Below are positions 29,253 to 40,069 of a DNA stretch of 64,000 nucleotides, piece by piece. The notes beneath the pieces are model-generated. The model was not told the DNA's origin and did not search any database. It worked only from the letters and a program-made list of their open reading frames with translations. Positions within the stretch are counted from its first letter, which is position 1. Every line of letters starts with the position of its first letter. This DNA comes from an uncultured Bacilli bacterium. GTDB lineage: Bacteria > Bacillota_I > Bacilli_A > RF39 > UBA660. Made by a program: the position numbers and the translations under genes. Location of the stretch: NCBI GenBank assembly GCA_934098525.1, contig CAKONZ010000002.1, positions 53,442 to 117,441 on the forward strand. The letters run 5' to 3'.

Positions 29253-29370
29253 ATTAACCTCTCTTCATAATTATATAATACATTTTACATTATTTTTATA
29301 AATTAAACAATACTAATAACTTTTTAAACAAAAAAACGACTCATTAAAAAGCCGCTTTAAATTTATAATT

Positions 29371-29447
29371 TGGTAGCGGCGGAGGGAATTGAACCCCCGA
29401 CCTATCGGGTATGAACCGATCGCTCTAGCCAGCTGAGCTACACCGCC
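29371..29447 (-). tRNA. tRNA-Met (CAT), elongator type
   Basis: 77-nt cloverleaf GGCGGTGTAGCTCAGCTGGCTAGAGCG...TTCATAC...CGCCGCTACCA, with encoded CCA and anticodon CAT. The 5' half is close to Firmicute elongator tRNA-Met. Confidence 0.9.
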
Positions 29448-29460
29448 ATAAAACAATGTT

Positions 29461-29489
29461 ATTGTAACATATAAAAATCTATTTGACAA
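29461..29489 (-). promoter_or_regulatory. putative sigma-A promoter for tRNA-Met
   Basis: Minus strand TTGTCA, 17 nt, TACAAT, ending about 13 nt upstream of the mature tRNA 5' end. A divergent plus-strand TTGACA-18-TATAAA lies in the same region for the DUF192 gene. Confidence 0.5.
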
Positions 29490-29559
29490 TACTAAATTAT
29501 ATTTTTTATAAAATATTGTCTAATAAATAAAACTTATATATAATTAAAATGGTGATAGT

Positions 29560-29880
29560 ATGAATATAACAATAAATAATAAAAAGTATTACATAAAAAA
29601 CTGTAAAACCTTTTTCTCTCGTTTACTAGGACTAATGTTTAAAAAAAACATATCTTATGGTTGTTACTTCAAAAAATGTAAAAGTATTCATACATTCTTT
29701 ATGAAAGAAAATATTGATATAATATTTTTAGATAAAAGTGGTCAAATAATAGACATAAAAGAAAATATAAAACCATATAAAATAATAACATCAAAAAAGA
29801 ATACATATAGTATTCTTGAATTACCTAGCAACCTAGGAAAACATTTTAAAATAAATGAAACACTAGATTTATTTAACTAA
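29560..29880 (+). CDS. DUF192 (COG1430) family protein
   Basis: GLMF...HTFFM...IIFLDKSGQI pattern typical of DUF192. Confidence 0.65.
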   Translation: MNITINNKKYYIKNCKTFFSRLLGLMFKKNISYGCYFKKCKSIHTFFMKENIDIIFLDKSGQIIDIKENIKPYKIITSKKNTYSILELPSNLGKHFKINETLDLFN

Positions 29881-32187
29881 TAAATTTAAATAATCAGCTA
29901 CATCATAATAATTTTCAACATATATAAAATGCAACCTTTCTTTAATATAATCATCTACTTCTTGTAGATCTTTTTTATTTGCTTTAGGAATAATAATATC
30001 TCTTATACCTGATCTTTTAGCACCAATAATTTTTTCTTTTAAGCCCCCTATTGGAAGAACATGACCCCTTAAAGTCATTTCTCCAGTCATAGAAATATTT
30101 GACTTAATTTGTTTATTAGTAAGAGCACTTATAATAGCAGTAGTAATAGCAATTCCAGCACTAGGACCATCCTTCTTAATAGCACCTTCTGGAACATGAA
30201 TATGTATATCATTATCCTCCAAAACACTATAATCTATTCCAAATTTTTCATAGTTACTTTTTATATAACTAAGTGCTATCTTAGCACTTTCAACAAATAT
30301 ATTTCCTAAAGAACCAGTAGTAATTATATCTCCCTTACCCTTATAAAAATTAACCTCTATCTTTAAAATATCTCCACCATACAAATTATAACTCATAGCG
30401 TTAACCATACCAACTTCAGATATATCTTTATCATTATAAATATATTTTTCATGTCCCAAATAAATATCAATCTCATCTTCCCCTATTATATAAAATCTTC
30501 TTTGTTCAGGATGAGAAACAAGTTCTTTTACTATCTTTCTAAATATAGATGCAACTAGCCTCTCTAATTCACGAACACCAGCCTCTTTTGTATAACCTCT
30601 TATAATTTTTAATATAGCTTTATCAGTAATAGTAATATTTTCATCTTTTAAATTATAATCTCTAATAATATTTGGAATAGTATAATTTTTACATATATTT
30701 AACTTTTCATATTCAGTATAACTAGAAATCTCAATAACTTCTAATCTATCAAGTAATTCAGGAGATATCTGATCCTTATAATTAGCAGTACAAACAAACA
30801 TTACCTTAGAAAGATCAAACTCCTCTTCAATATAATTATCACAAAAAGCTTGATTTTGTTCCCTATCAAGTATCTCAAGTAAACAAGATGTTGGATCCTT
30901 TTTAGAATCCTTACTCATTTTATCAATCTCATCAATAACAAACACTGGATTACTAGAACCAGCCTTTTTCATACCTTGAATTATCTTACCAGGAGAAGAA
31001 CCTATATAAGTCCTTCTATGACCCATAATTTCAGCCTCATCACTAACACCACCAACTGAAATCTTAGTATAATTTCTTTCCATAGCAAGAGAAATACTTT
31101 TTGCCAGTGAAGTCTTACCAACACCAGGAGGGCCTACTAAACAAATAACAACTGAAGTATTAAAATTAGTCATTTGTAAAAGAGCTAAATGTTCAATAAT
31201 TCTTTCCTTAACATCCTCTAAACCATAATGTGTCTTATCAAGCATCTCCTTTGCCTTAACCAAATCCTTATTATCAGAAGTATAAACATTCCATGGTAAA
31301 GATAACATTGTATCTATATAAGTTTTAATCATTCCAACTTCTGGAGAAGTAATTGGTGTAGACTCATATCTACTAAGTTCAAGCAGTAATCTTTCCTTTA
31401 TACTATTCTTAGCATCCAAATTATTTATCTTAACCTTTAATTCATCAATTTCTTGATCCCTATCAAAAGAAATACCCAACTCTTCCTTTATAGCCTTAAT
31501 TTTTTCTTGTAATATAAACTCTTTCTGAGACTTATCCAAATTCTTAGCAACCTTTTCCTCAATCAAATCCTCTAACTCAACAACCTTCAACTCTTGATTC
31601 AAATCATCAAGCAACATAACAACCCTATTAGTAGGATCAACCTCTAAAACATACTCTAATTTTCTCTCATAATTTTGAGGAATAACATTAGCCAAAATAT
31701 CAGTAACTTTATCTATATCATTAACACCCATAATTGATGACAAAATACTATTACTCATATTAGAATCATGCTCAATATAATACTCAACTTGTTTTATTAA
31801 ACTTCTAGAATAAGCCATCTCTTCTATCTTATCCAATTTTTGTAAACCTATTTCTTCTATATCTGATAACAAAACCTGATCTTCTTTAGTATAAAAATTA
31901 ATTTTAACTCTATTTAATCCCTGTAAAACAATCCTTGTCTTTTGATTAGGTAAATCAAGTTTCATACTAATATAAGCAACAACCCCTATATTAGGTAATT
32001 CATTTTCATTAATTGATTCCTCTAAATAATTCTTTTGATTAACAATCAAAATATGTTTATTATAATAAGAAAAAGCCAAAGAAACCAATTCTTTATCCCT
32101 ATCATTATCAAGTTCTATTCTAATTTCATTATGAGGCAAAAGAACAATATTTTTTAAAACAAATACAGGTAAAGTTGTCTGTTCCAT
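29869..32187 (-). CDS. lon: ATP-dependent Lon protease
   Basis: N-terminal LON domain. AAA+ Walker A GPPGVGKTS, Walker B VFVIDEIDK, and proteolytic DGPSAGIAI with catalytic Ser. Confidence 0.95.
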   Translation of the reverse strand: MEQTTLPVFVLKNIVLLPHNEIRIELDNDRDKELVSLAFSYYNKHILIVNQKNYLEESINENELPNIGVVAYISMKLDLPNQKTRIVLQGLNRVKINFYTKEDQVLLSDIEEIGLQKLDKIEEMAYSRSLIKQVEYYIEHDSNMSNSILSSIMGVNDIDKVTDILANVIPQNYERKLEYVLEVDPTNRVVMLLDDLNQELKVVELEDLIEEKVAKNLDKSQKEFILQEKIKAIKEELGISFDRDQEIDELKVKINNLDAKNSIKERLLLELSRYESTPITSPEVGMIKTYIDTMLSLPWNVYTSDNKDLVKAKEMLDKTHYGLEDVKERIIEHLALLQMTNFNTSVVICLVGPPGVGKTSLAKSISLAMERNYTKISVGGVSDEAEIMGHRRTYIGSSPGKIIQGMKKAGSSNPVFVIDEIDKMSKDSKKDPTSCLLEILDREQNQAFCDNYIEEEFDLSKVMFVCTANYKDQISPELLDRLEVIEISSYTEYEKLNICKNYTIPNIIRDYNLKDENITITDKAILKIIRGYTKEAGVRELERLVASIFRKIVKELVSHPEQRRFYIIGEDEIDIYLGHEKYIYNDKDISEVGMVNAMSYNLYGGDILKIEVNFYKGKGDIITTGSLGNIFVESAKIALSYIKSNYEKFGIDYSVLEDNDIHIHVPEGAIKKDGPSAGIAITTAIISALTNKQIKSNISMTGEMTLRGHVLPIGGLKEKIIGAKRSGIRDIIIPKANKKDLQEVDDYIKERLHFIYVENYYDVADYLNLLVK

Positions 32188-32244
32188 AATAATGCCTCCT
32201 TAAAAAGATTACTTACTATTATACCTATATATTTTTTTTAATCA

Positions 32245-32282
32245 AGAAAAAAAGAAAAAAAATACAAGAAATTAATCTTGTA
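32245..32282 (-). terminator. rho-independent terminator downstream of ezrA
   Basis: ACAAGA-aattaa-TCTTGT followed on the minus strand by a long T-run. Confidence 0.55.
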
Positions 32283-32284
32283 TC

Positions 32285-34000
32285 TTATCTATTCTCACTT
32301 TTATATAAATTAAGAATTTTTTTATAAATATCAGGCTCAACTATATTAATAGATGCAATAGAAGTTTCTAACGCTTTCTTATAATTACCCTTAAAAAATA
32401 ACTGAGTAGCAACATCTAAACCTCTTTCAATATCACTATCTAAAGGCTTATATCTATTTCCATACACTATAGTCATCTCTGCAAGCCTTGCCGTCTTAAC
32501 CATTTCATTAGTAGTATTATATAACTTCAAAGTCAAATCTCTAGCAGTATCAACTCTAATATTTAAAGTCTTTATAGTTATAGGAACCTTATCTAATTCC
32601 TTAACTATTTCAGAAATCGCATCCTGAGCTTCAGAAAGCTCAACAAAATAATTATTAGCAATAATAGGTAGAGGATAATTTCTAATCTTAGCACGACATT
32701 TTTTCAATAACTCTGTAACTTCCTCTAATTGTTCTCTAGCTCTTAACTCATCATCATGCATGCTTCCTAACTCTTTCAAACAATCATTAAGTTCAACCTC
32801 AACATTCTCAAAAGAATTAGACAACTCTTCCATCTTCTCTTTTAATAAAGAATAAGGTTCTTTTTGTTCTTTTAAAGACTTAATAATATTATTAAAAGTA
32901 TTATTAGTATCATAAATCTTTTTATTAACATTATCCAAATCATTTAAATCATCAGTAGTCAAATTATACATACCCTTAATATCATCTAATTGATTATATA
33001 TATCAGTAACAATCTTATTAACCTTAATTATCTTTTCCTTAAATGTTCTAGCTAACTCATCAAAAACCCTTTTACTTCTTTTCTCATTTTCAAAATCATT
33101 TAACAAATTATCTAAATAATCTAAAAATGTCTTAAGTTCAAACATAGAATCTTCCAAATTTAAAATTCTAGCTCTTGATAAAATATCTGCAATCTTATTA
33201 TTAATCTGTTCTATATTATACTCAACCTTCAAATATTCCAAAGGATACTTCTTACTTTGCATAGTTTTATAAGTATCCATAACCTCTTTAATTCTTTCAG
33301 GAATAATTTTTTCTGTCAAAAGAATTAAATCAGGCATCTCCTCAACAACAACAGAAATATGAGCTATCATTTCATCTAAAACTTTAACCAAAGAAACAAC
33401 TTCATTATATTCATTATTTTCCATAGTTTCCTCAAAATCTTGAAATTTCTTCTCTATATTTTCAAGTTGTAACTCAATGTACTTATAAGAATCCTTATAT
33501 GCATCTTGATTTTGATTCAAAGTTCTCTGTAAATCTCTAAACTTAGCCTTTAACTTAGTAACAATCGTTCTATTCTTCTCTTCACTCATTGTTATCTCTC
33601 TAATCTCATCAAGTAAATTATCAGTAGTAACTCTAAGTTTATATATTTCCATCTCTACATCTACTAAATAACTCTTTGCCTCTTTATACTTCTTAGTATC
33701 AACAAGTTCATCAGCATTTATAAGCATATCAGTAATCTTAGAAAACTTCTCATTCTTAATATTATCATATCTATTTTGCCATTCTTCATACTTATCTTCT
33801 AATTTTTCATTTTTCATTATTACTTCTATTTTAGAAAGTTCAGACATTATAGGAGTAGAAACAATTAAATTTCTTTGTCGTTCTAATTCTTTTATTTGTC
33901 TTCTTAATTTTTTAACTCTATTAACTTTTAAAACTATTAATAAAACAACAATAAATATTACTACTACTAAAACTGAAGTACCAATATATAATGTTTTCAC
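32285..34000 (-). CDS. ezrA: septation ring formation regulator EzrA
   Basis: Single N-terminal TM followed by approximately 540 aa of coiled-coil/spectrin-like repeats. Length and architecture are typical of EzrA. Confidence 0.75.
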   Translation of the reverse strand: MKTLYIGTSVLVVVIFIVVLLIVLKVNRVKKLRRQIKELERQRNLIVSTPIMSELSKIEVIMKNEKLEDKYEEWQNRYDNIKNEKFSKITDMLINADELVDTKKYKEAKSYLVDVEMEIYKLRVTTDNLLDEIREITMSEEKNRTIVTKLKAKFRDLQRTLNQNQDAYKDSYKYIELQLENIEKKFQDFEETMENNEYNEVVSLVKVLDEMIAHISVVVEEMPDLILLTEKIIPERIKEVMDTYKTMQSKKYPLEYLKVEYNIEQINNKIADILSRARILNLEDSMFELKTFLDYLDNLLNDFENEKRSKRVFDELARTFKEKIIKVNKIVTDIYNQLDDIKGMYNLTTDDLNDLDNVNKKIYDTNNTFNNIIKSLKEQKEPYSLLKEKMEELSNSFENVEVELNDCLKELGSMHDDELRAREQLEEVTELLKKCRAKIRNYPLPIIANNYFVELSEAQDAISEIVKELDKVPITIKTLNIRVDTARDLTLKLYNTTNEMVKTARLAEMTIVYGNRYKPLDSDIERGLDVATQLFFKGNYKKALETSIASINIVEPDIYKKILNLYKSENR

Positions 34001-34078
34001 ATTATCACCTACCCTACAATATAATACAATTTTAGCATATTTTATACATTTTGAAAACCACTTTTATAAAGTATCATA

Positions 34079-36028
34079 TTATTTTTCAATCATACCTAAT
34101 AAAACATCTTCTGATATTATTCTTATTCCCAGTTCTTTAGCCTTCATATTCTTAGTAGAAGTAGAAGTAACATCATTATTTATTAAATAATTAACATTAT
34201 TAGAAATAGCTTTAACTACTTTACCACCATTTTGTTCTATAAATTCAACCATTTCATCTCTATTATCAAAATGATTTAAACTTCCCGTAATTACAAATAC
34301 CATATCTTTTAAAGCATCCCCTTTAGAAGAACCATCAGGTATTACTATTTCCTTCTTTAAATCCTCTAACTCTTTAAGAAATATAGGATTAGAAAACTCT
34401 AAAACCCATTCCCTTGCTATAACATCTCCTACTCCTACTATTGCACTTAACTCTTCATAAGTTAAATGACAAATTTTTTCAAAATCATTATTAAAATAAT
34501 TACAAATAAGTTTAGCTCTAGAAAGTCCTATATCTGGTATTCCTAAAGCATATATAAAATTAGCCAGCTTTACATTTCTAGACTTCTCTATTGAATTAAT
34601 CATATTATCATATGACTTTTCCCCAAAACCATCAAAAGCTATAATTCTTTCTTTATAATCATCCAAATGATATAAATCTGCATAACTTTTTACAATCCCC
34701 TCATCTATTAATCTACTAAGTATAGAATCAGATATACCATCTATATTCATAGCATTTCTACTAACAAATAAACTAAGTCTTTTAATTAATTTAGCAATAC
34801 AAAATTCATTCATACAATATAAATACTTTACATCATTATTTAAAACAACTGAAGCCTCTCCTCCACATACAGGACATTTATTAGGAATAACAAGATTATT
34901 ACTCTTAGTATCATTACTAGCAACTTGTGGAATAATCATATTAGCTTTATAAACATTAATACTATCTCCAATACCAAGCTCTAATCCTTGTAAAATAGAA
35001 ACATTATGTAAAGATGCTCTACTAACAATAGTTCCCTCAAGCTCAACAGGATCAAAAATAGCAACTGGATTAATAAGACCAGTTCTAGAAACCATCCAAT
35101 CAACATCTCTAAGAATAGTAGCAGCAGTTTCATCCTTCCACTTAAATGCAATAGAATGCTTAGGATACTTAGCAGTCATACCAAGACTATTTCCATATTC
35201 CTTATCATTATAAGTTAAAACAAGTCCATCTGAAGGTATATCATAAACTTTAACCCTCTCTTTAAAATCAGCCACCATTTGAGAAACAGTATCACCTGTT
35301 ACTTTAAAATGTTCAACAACTTCAAAACCAAGTCCTTTTAACCAATCAAAACAATCACTCTTCAAATTTGAAATAAAATCACTAGTCTCAATAAGTGCAA
35401 AAATAATACAATTAACATTTCTTGAAGCAGTAATATTACTATCCAACTGTCTAACAGACCCAGAACATAAATTTCTAGGATTTTTGTACTGACTAGAACC
35501 ATCATCTAACTCTTCATTCATTCTCTTAAAATCAGAATATTTAATAATGGCCTCTCCTCTTACAACAAGTCTCCCCTTATAAGGAATAGTAAGAGGTACA
35601 TTCTTAAATCTCTTTACATTTTCAGTAACAACCTCTCCAATAATACCAGTTCCTCTAGTAACACCACTTAATAATTTTCCATCCTCATATGTCAAAACAA
35701 TAGTCAAGCCATCAAGTTTCCAAGATAATAAACCTTCCTTATCACCAAGAAAATCTACTAACTCTGATACTTGTTTAGTTTTAGCCAAAGAAAGCATTGG
35801 AGCAGGATGCTCTACCTTCTGTAAAGAACTAGATATCTCAGGCTCAACATTTATAGTCGGACTATTAGAAAGGATCATATTAGTCTCCTTTTCTAAACTA
35901 ACCAACTCATCATATAATAAATCATACTCATAGTCAGTCATCATAGATACATTCTTCTGATAATATAACTCTGACGCTTTATTTAAAATAGTAATTAATT
36001 CCTTCATTCTGTTAATTTTTTGTTCCAT
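34079..36028 (-). CDS. ligA: NAD-dependent DNA ligase
   Basis: Adenylation-domain KxDG (KLDGLT), Cys4 zinc finger CPVCGG...C..C, HhH and a C-terminal BRCT. 649 aa. Confidence 0.9.
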   Translation of the reverse strand: MEQKINRMKELITILNKASELYYQKNVSMMTDYEYDLLYDELVSLEKETNMILSNSPTINVEPEISSSLQKVEHPAPMLSLAKTKQVSELVDFLGDKEGLLSWKLDGLTIVLTYEDGKLLSGVTRGTGIIGEVVTENVKRFKNVPLTIPYKGRLVVRGEAIIKYSDFKRMNEELDDGSSQYKNPRNLCSGSVRQLDSNITASRNVNCIIFALIETSDFISNLKSDCFDWLKGLGFEVVEHFKVTGDTVSQMVADFKERVKVYDIPSDGLVLTYNDKEYGNSLGMTAKYPKHSIAFKWKDETAATILRDVDWMVSRTGLINPVAIFDPVELEGTIVSRASLHNVSILQGLELGIGDSINVYKANMIIPQVASNDTKSNNLVIPNKCPVCGGEASVVLNNDVKYLYCMNEFCIAKLIKRLSLFVSRNAMNIDGISDSILSRLIDEGIVKSYADLYHLDDYKERIIAFDGFGEKSYDNMINSIEKSRNVKLANFIYALGIPDIGLSRAKLICNYFNNDFEKICHLTYEELSAIVGVGDVIAREWVLEFSNPIFLKELEDLKKEIVIPDGSSKGDALKDMVFVITGSLNHFDNRDEMVEFIEQNGGKVVKAISNNVNYLINNDVTSTSTKNMKAKELGIRIISEDVLLGMIEK

Positions 36029-36105
36029 ATTTTAGACTCCTATTCAATACTAATAATAACATAATTAAACAAAAAAAAGAAGATAAATTTACCTTCAATT
36101 AAACT

Positions 36106-38193
36106 TTAATCATCTTCTTTTATAATATTTTTACTTCCAATATAAGTAGCCAAAAAATAACATCCATAAATTATACCCATAACAATTACTGTTGATATAA
36201 TAGAAGGTAATAACTGTTCTTTAGAAGCAAGTGTATTAAATATAGACATAGCAAACTGTATTCCAAATATTGAATGAATCATAGCTAAAATAAGTGGTAA
36301 TCCAAAAAATATTGCTATTTGTCTAAATAATGACTTATTTATCATCTTCTCATCACAACCTATTTTTCTTAAAATAATATATCTTTGTCTATTATCAGAA
36401 CTTTCTGTTAATTGTTTCAATGCCAAAATAGCACAACTTACTATAAGAAATATAATTCCTAAATAAATAGCAATAAATACTACTATAATAGACAAACCCA
36501 CACTTGACTCAGTAAGTTGTATCTTAGATTCACCAGCCAAAGTATTATTTTGACTACTAAGTTTTTCAAATAAATAAGATCCCTCTAAAAATAAAGAATT
36601 AATCTCTTTTTTTTCGTCATCATTTTTAGCATTATAATTAGCCACTAAAAACCATAATTTTTGATCAACCTCATCAAAAGCAATATCATCTGGTACTAAA
36701 ACAATTCCAACATTAGTATGACTTGTTGATATTTGAATAAAACCGTCTTTACATTCACTATATTTAGGCTTTAAACTTCTCCCTTTTATATTTATTATTG
36801 TTCCATTCCTTAATCCAAAATTTCTTAAATCAGATATACCATCATAATTACTAAGTATAATATACTCATCATCCCCTAAAGAATACTCTTTATTCCCATA
36901 TAATCTAGCTATTTTATTATAATCAGAAACCTTCATTATTTGTTCAGGCGTATCAAGTTTCATTTTAGGATATTGCTTTTTTATATAATCCAAAGCCTCT
37001 CCCAAAGTATCTTCCCATGTAAAATCACCTATTGCATACATCGAAACCTCTATAACATCTTTTAACTTATTCATATCAAAATCATTACTTTTAAGAGTAT
37101 ATGAAATAGGTTGTTTAGAATCATAAATTAATTCTTTAGAAAAAGTCTCATTACTAGAATTATCATTTGTAATATTAGCAGTTTTATACAAATTCAAATC
37201 AACTGGTGTCATCTTATCTATATCATTTTGCATAGAATTTTTTAAAGCAATTGAAGAAGACAAAGCTGTAATAGTCATAAATAACATTAAACATATTACA
37301 CTCATACTAATCACAGTAGTATTAATCTTATTATGAAGTTGTCTTAAAACAAACATATTAGTACCATTAAAATATATCTTCTTATTCATTTGTACCAATT
37401 TTAATATCAATCCAGAAACAGACCAAAATACTAAAATTGTTCCAACAACACCAAGTAAAACAGAAAATTCAATAGCTCTAGTTGTCTCTTGAAGTGAATT
37501 AAGTTTAAGTATTCCTTTTGTTACTATATAATAAGCATACCCTAATCCAATAATAGAAATTATAAAAACTAAAATACATATTATAGGATTCTTATATTTT
37601 ATTTGTTCATTTTTCTTAACAGCTGTAAGTAAATTAATCAATTTATATCTTGATATTGTAAATGCATTAAATAATATTACTGCCAAATACATTATTGCAA
37701 AATATATACAAGTCTTAATACAAGCCCCTTTAGAAAAAACAAACTCAAAACTACTCATATCAGCTTGAAATAATTTAGCAACCAATATTGACATAAATTG
37801 TGATCCAAAAATTCCTATCACTAACCCTATAACAAGAGAAATCATTCCAATAAATATTGTTTCCATCAATAAAATCTTAGAAATTTGTCCTTTTCCCATT
37901 CCTAAAATCATATATATACCAAATTCTTTTTTTCTTCTATTTATCAAAAAATTATTAGCATATACAATCAAAAGTCCTAATATTACAGCAATAAATATTG
38001 ATACCATACCAAGCATATTTATCATAAGTTTTATCATCTCTTTAGTAGAACTTGAAACCTCAAGCATTGCCTCTTGACTGTCTAAAGAATTAAACATATA
38101 AAACACAGCAACACCCAAAACTAAAGTAATAAAATATATTGCATAATCCTTAAAACTCTTCTTAATATTTTTAATTGACAATTTAAATAACAT
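36106..38193 (-). CDS. BceB-type ABC transporter permease (FtsX-like, 10 TM with large extracytoplasmic loop)
   Basis: 695-aa polytopic protein. Overlaps and follows a MacB/BceA-type ATPase, adjacent to an intramembrane-sensing HK/RR pair. Confidence 0.8.
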   Translation of the reverse strand: MLFKLSIKNIKKSFKDYAIYFITLVLGVAVFYMFNSLDSQEAMLEVSSSTKEMIKLMINMLGMVSIFIAVILGLLIVYANNFLINRRKKEFGIYMILGMGKGQISKILLMETIFIGMISLVIGLVIGIFGSQFMSILVAKLFQADMSSFEFVFSKGACIKTCIYFAIMYLAVILFNAFTISRYKLINLLTAVKKNEQIKYKNPIICILVFIISIIGLGYAYYIVTKGILKLNSLQETTRAIEFSVLLGVVGTILVFWSVSGLILKLVQMNKKIYFNGTNMFVLRQLHNKINTTVISMSVICLMLFMTITALSSSIALKNSMQNDIDKMTPVDLNLYKTANITNDNSSNETFSKELIYDSKQPISYTLKSNDFDMNKLKDVIEVSMYAIGDFTWEDTLGEALDYIKKQYPKMKLDTPEQIMKVSDYNKIARLYGNKEYSLGDDEYIILSNYDGISDLRNFGLRNGTIINIKGRSLKPKYSECKDGFIQISTSHTNVGIVLVPDDIAFDEVDQKLWFLVANYNAKNDDEKKEINSLFLEGSYLFEKLSSQNNTLAGESKIQLTESSVGLSIIVVFIAIYLGIIFLIVSCAILALKQLTESSDNRQRYIILRKIGCDEKMINKSLFRQIAIFFGLPLILAMIHSIFGIQFAMSIFNTLASKEQLLPSIISTVIVMGIIYGCYFLATYIGSKNIIKEDD

Positions 38194-38950
38194 CGTTCAA
38201 CTCACCTCCAAGAAGTGTTTGAACTTCGATAATCTTTTCAAAGAACTCTCTTCTTGTATCATTTCCCTTTACTAACTCATTAAAAATCTTACCATCCTTA
38301 ATAAAAATAATACGATCCGCATAACTAGCAGTAAAAGCATCATGAGTAACCATTAAAATAGTAGCGCCAAGTTTATCATTTAAAGTTGTAAATGACTCTA
38401 GAAGTTGCTTAGCAGCCTTTGAATCAAGTGCTCCAGTAGGTTCATCTGCAAGTACTATTCTAGGATTTGTTATTATTGCTCTAGCAGATGCAACCCTTTG
38501 CTTTTGTCCACCTGATAACTGATAAGGATACTTATTTAAAATATCAACTATATCTAATTTCTTTGCTATATCTCTAACTCTTCTATCAATTTCATTAACA
38601 TTTACCCTTTGAATAGTAAGAGCAAGAGCAATATTTTCATAAGCTGTTAAAGTATCTAGCAAATTAAAATCTTGAAATATAAAACCTAATTCCTCTCTTC
38701 TAAACTTATTAAGTTTATTTCCTCTAAACTTTGTAATATCATCACCATTTATAATGATATGACCAGTTGTTACCCTATCAATAGTAGAAATACAATTCAA
38801 AAGAGTTGTTTTTCCAGATCCTGATGCCCCCATTATTCCAACAAATTCTCCTCTTTTAACATTAAAGCTAATATTATCAACTGCTTTTGTTAAATTTGAT
38901 TTACTACCATAATATTTTTCAATATTTTGTACCTCTAATATATTTTCCAT
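38183..38950 (-). CDS. BceA-type ABC transporter ATP-binding protein
   Basis: Walker A GASGSGKTT, signature LSGGQKQR, and Walker B VLADEPTGALD. Confidence 0.9.
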   Translation of the reverse strand: MENILEVQNIEKYYGSKSNLTKAVDNISFNVKRGEFVGIMGASGSGKTTLLNCISTIDRVTTGHIIINGDDITKFRGNKLNKFRREELGFIFQDFNLLDTLTAYENIALALTIQRVNVNEIDRRVRDIAKKLDIVDILNKYPYQLSGGQKQRVASARAIITNPRIVLADEPTGALDSKAAKQLLESFTTLNDKLGATILMVTHDAFTASYADRIIFIKDGKIFNELVKGNDTRREFFEKIIEVQTLLGGELNDVI

Positions 38951-39046
38951 ATATAAACTCCTTTCATCTATGCCTTATTATAGTAGTATCAAAATAAAGT
39001 TGCCATCGATTTATCTTACATTAATCCTACAATTTTGTAACATTTA

Positions 39047-40069
39047 TCATAATAAATTAACATAACTACTATTAGGAAAAATTATCCTAACACAACAACC
39101 CTTTCCTAATGAAGAATCAAGTTCTATTACTATTCCTAATTTATCACATAACTTTTTACACAAATATAAGCCTATTCCCGTAGATTTTTTCCCTGATAAT
39201 CTCCCATTACTACCAGTAAAACCCTTTTCAAAAACTCTTGCAACCTCTCCCTTTTTAATACCTATTCCATTATCATTAATATATAAAACAACACTATCTT
39301 TTCTCATAGCACTATAAATCTCTATACTTGATAAAACATCTCTATTTCTATACTTTATACTATTTTGTATAATCTGATTCAATATAAATATTATCCACTT
39401 ACTATCAGTATTAACAACACTATCTAAATCATGAGCATTTATCTCAATCTTTTCTTGTATCAAAGCTGTTTTATTTTTCTTAATACTCTCATTAACAATA
39501 TCCTTCAAACAACACTTTCTTATATAATAATCCTTTTCAACCATATTACTTCTAGCATAAAACAAAGCCTGTTCAGTATAGTTTTCTATTGCATCAAACT
39601 CTTTCCCTATACTCTTAGTAATTTTATTCTTATTATTCTCTATTATCATTTTACCAGTAGCAATAGGAATCTTTATTTCATGAATCCATAACTCAATATA
39701 ATCTTTATAATCCTCTTGTAAATATTTATATTTATTAACATTTTCATGCATAGCCTTATCAACAATAGATAAAATATCATTTAAAATTTCTCCCTCAACA
39801 AAATCAGGTTTACTAATAATATCTGTTATTAAATATTTTTCATCTAATTGATTAATTACTTTATAAAGATTATCATAATACTTTTTCTTAAAATAATACT
39901 CATATAATAACCCCAATAAAAAAGAAACAAAAATGACCAAAAAAACATATATCTTAATAAAATTACCAAACGGATATATCATAAAAAATATCTCTATTGT
40001 AATCAAAGAAAAAAGCATTAAAAATATTAATACCAACTTCTCCCTAAGAAACTTAAAAAAACTCATCAA
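39047..40069 (-). CDS. intramembrane-sensing sensor histidine kinase (BceS-like)
   Basis: Two N-terminal TM helices with almost no extracellular loop. HisKA region HEIKIP and HATPase_c G-box GTGIGLYL. Confidence 0.8.
   Translation of the reverse strand: MMSFFKFLREKLVLIFLMLFSLITIEIFFMIYPFGNFIKIYVFLVIFVSFLLGLLYEYYFKKKYYDNLYKVINQLDEKYLITDIISKPDFVEGEILNDILSIVDKAMHENVNKYKYLQEDYKDYIELWIHEIKIPIATGKMIIENNKNKITKSIGKEFDAIENYTEQALFYARSNMVEKDYYIRKCCLKDIVNESIKKNKTALIQEKIEINAHDLDSVVNTDSKWIIFILNQIIQNSIKYRNRDVLSSIEIYSAMRKDSVVLYINDNGIGIKKGEVARVFEKGFTGSNGRLSGKKSTGIGLYLCKKLCDKLGIVIELDSSLGKGCCVRIIFPNSSYVNLL

Noticed and set aside
27928-30309. Small ORFs 27928-28116, 28378-28572 and 30109-30309
   Set aside because: Alternative-frame or antisense ORFs within the large SipW-type protein gene and lon. 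No RBS or recognisable motifs.
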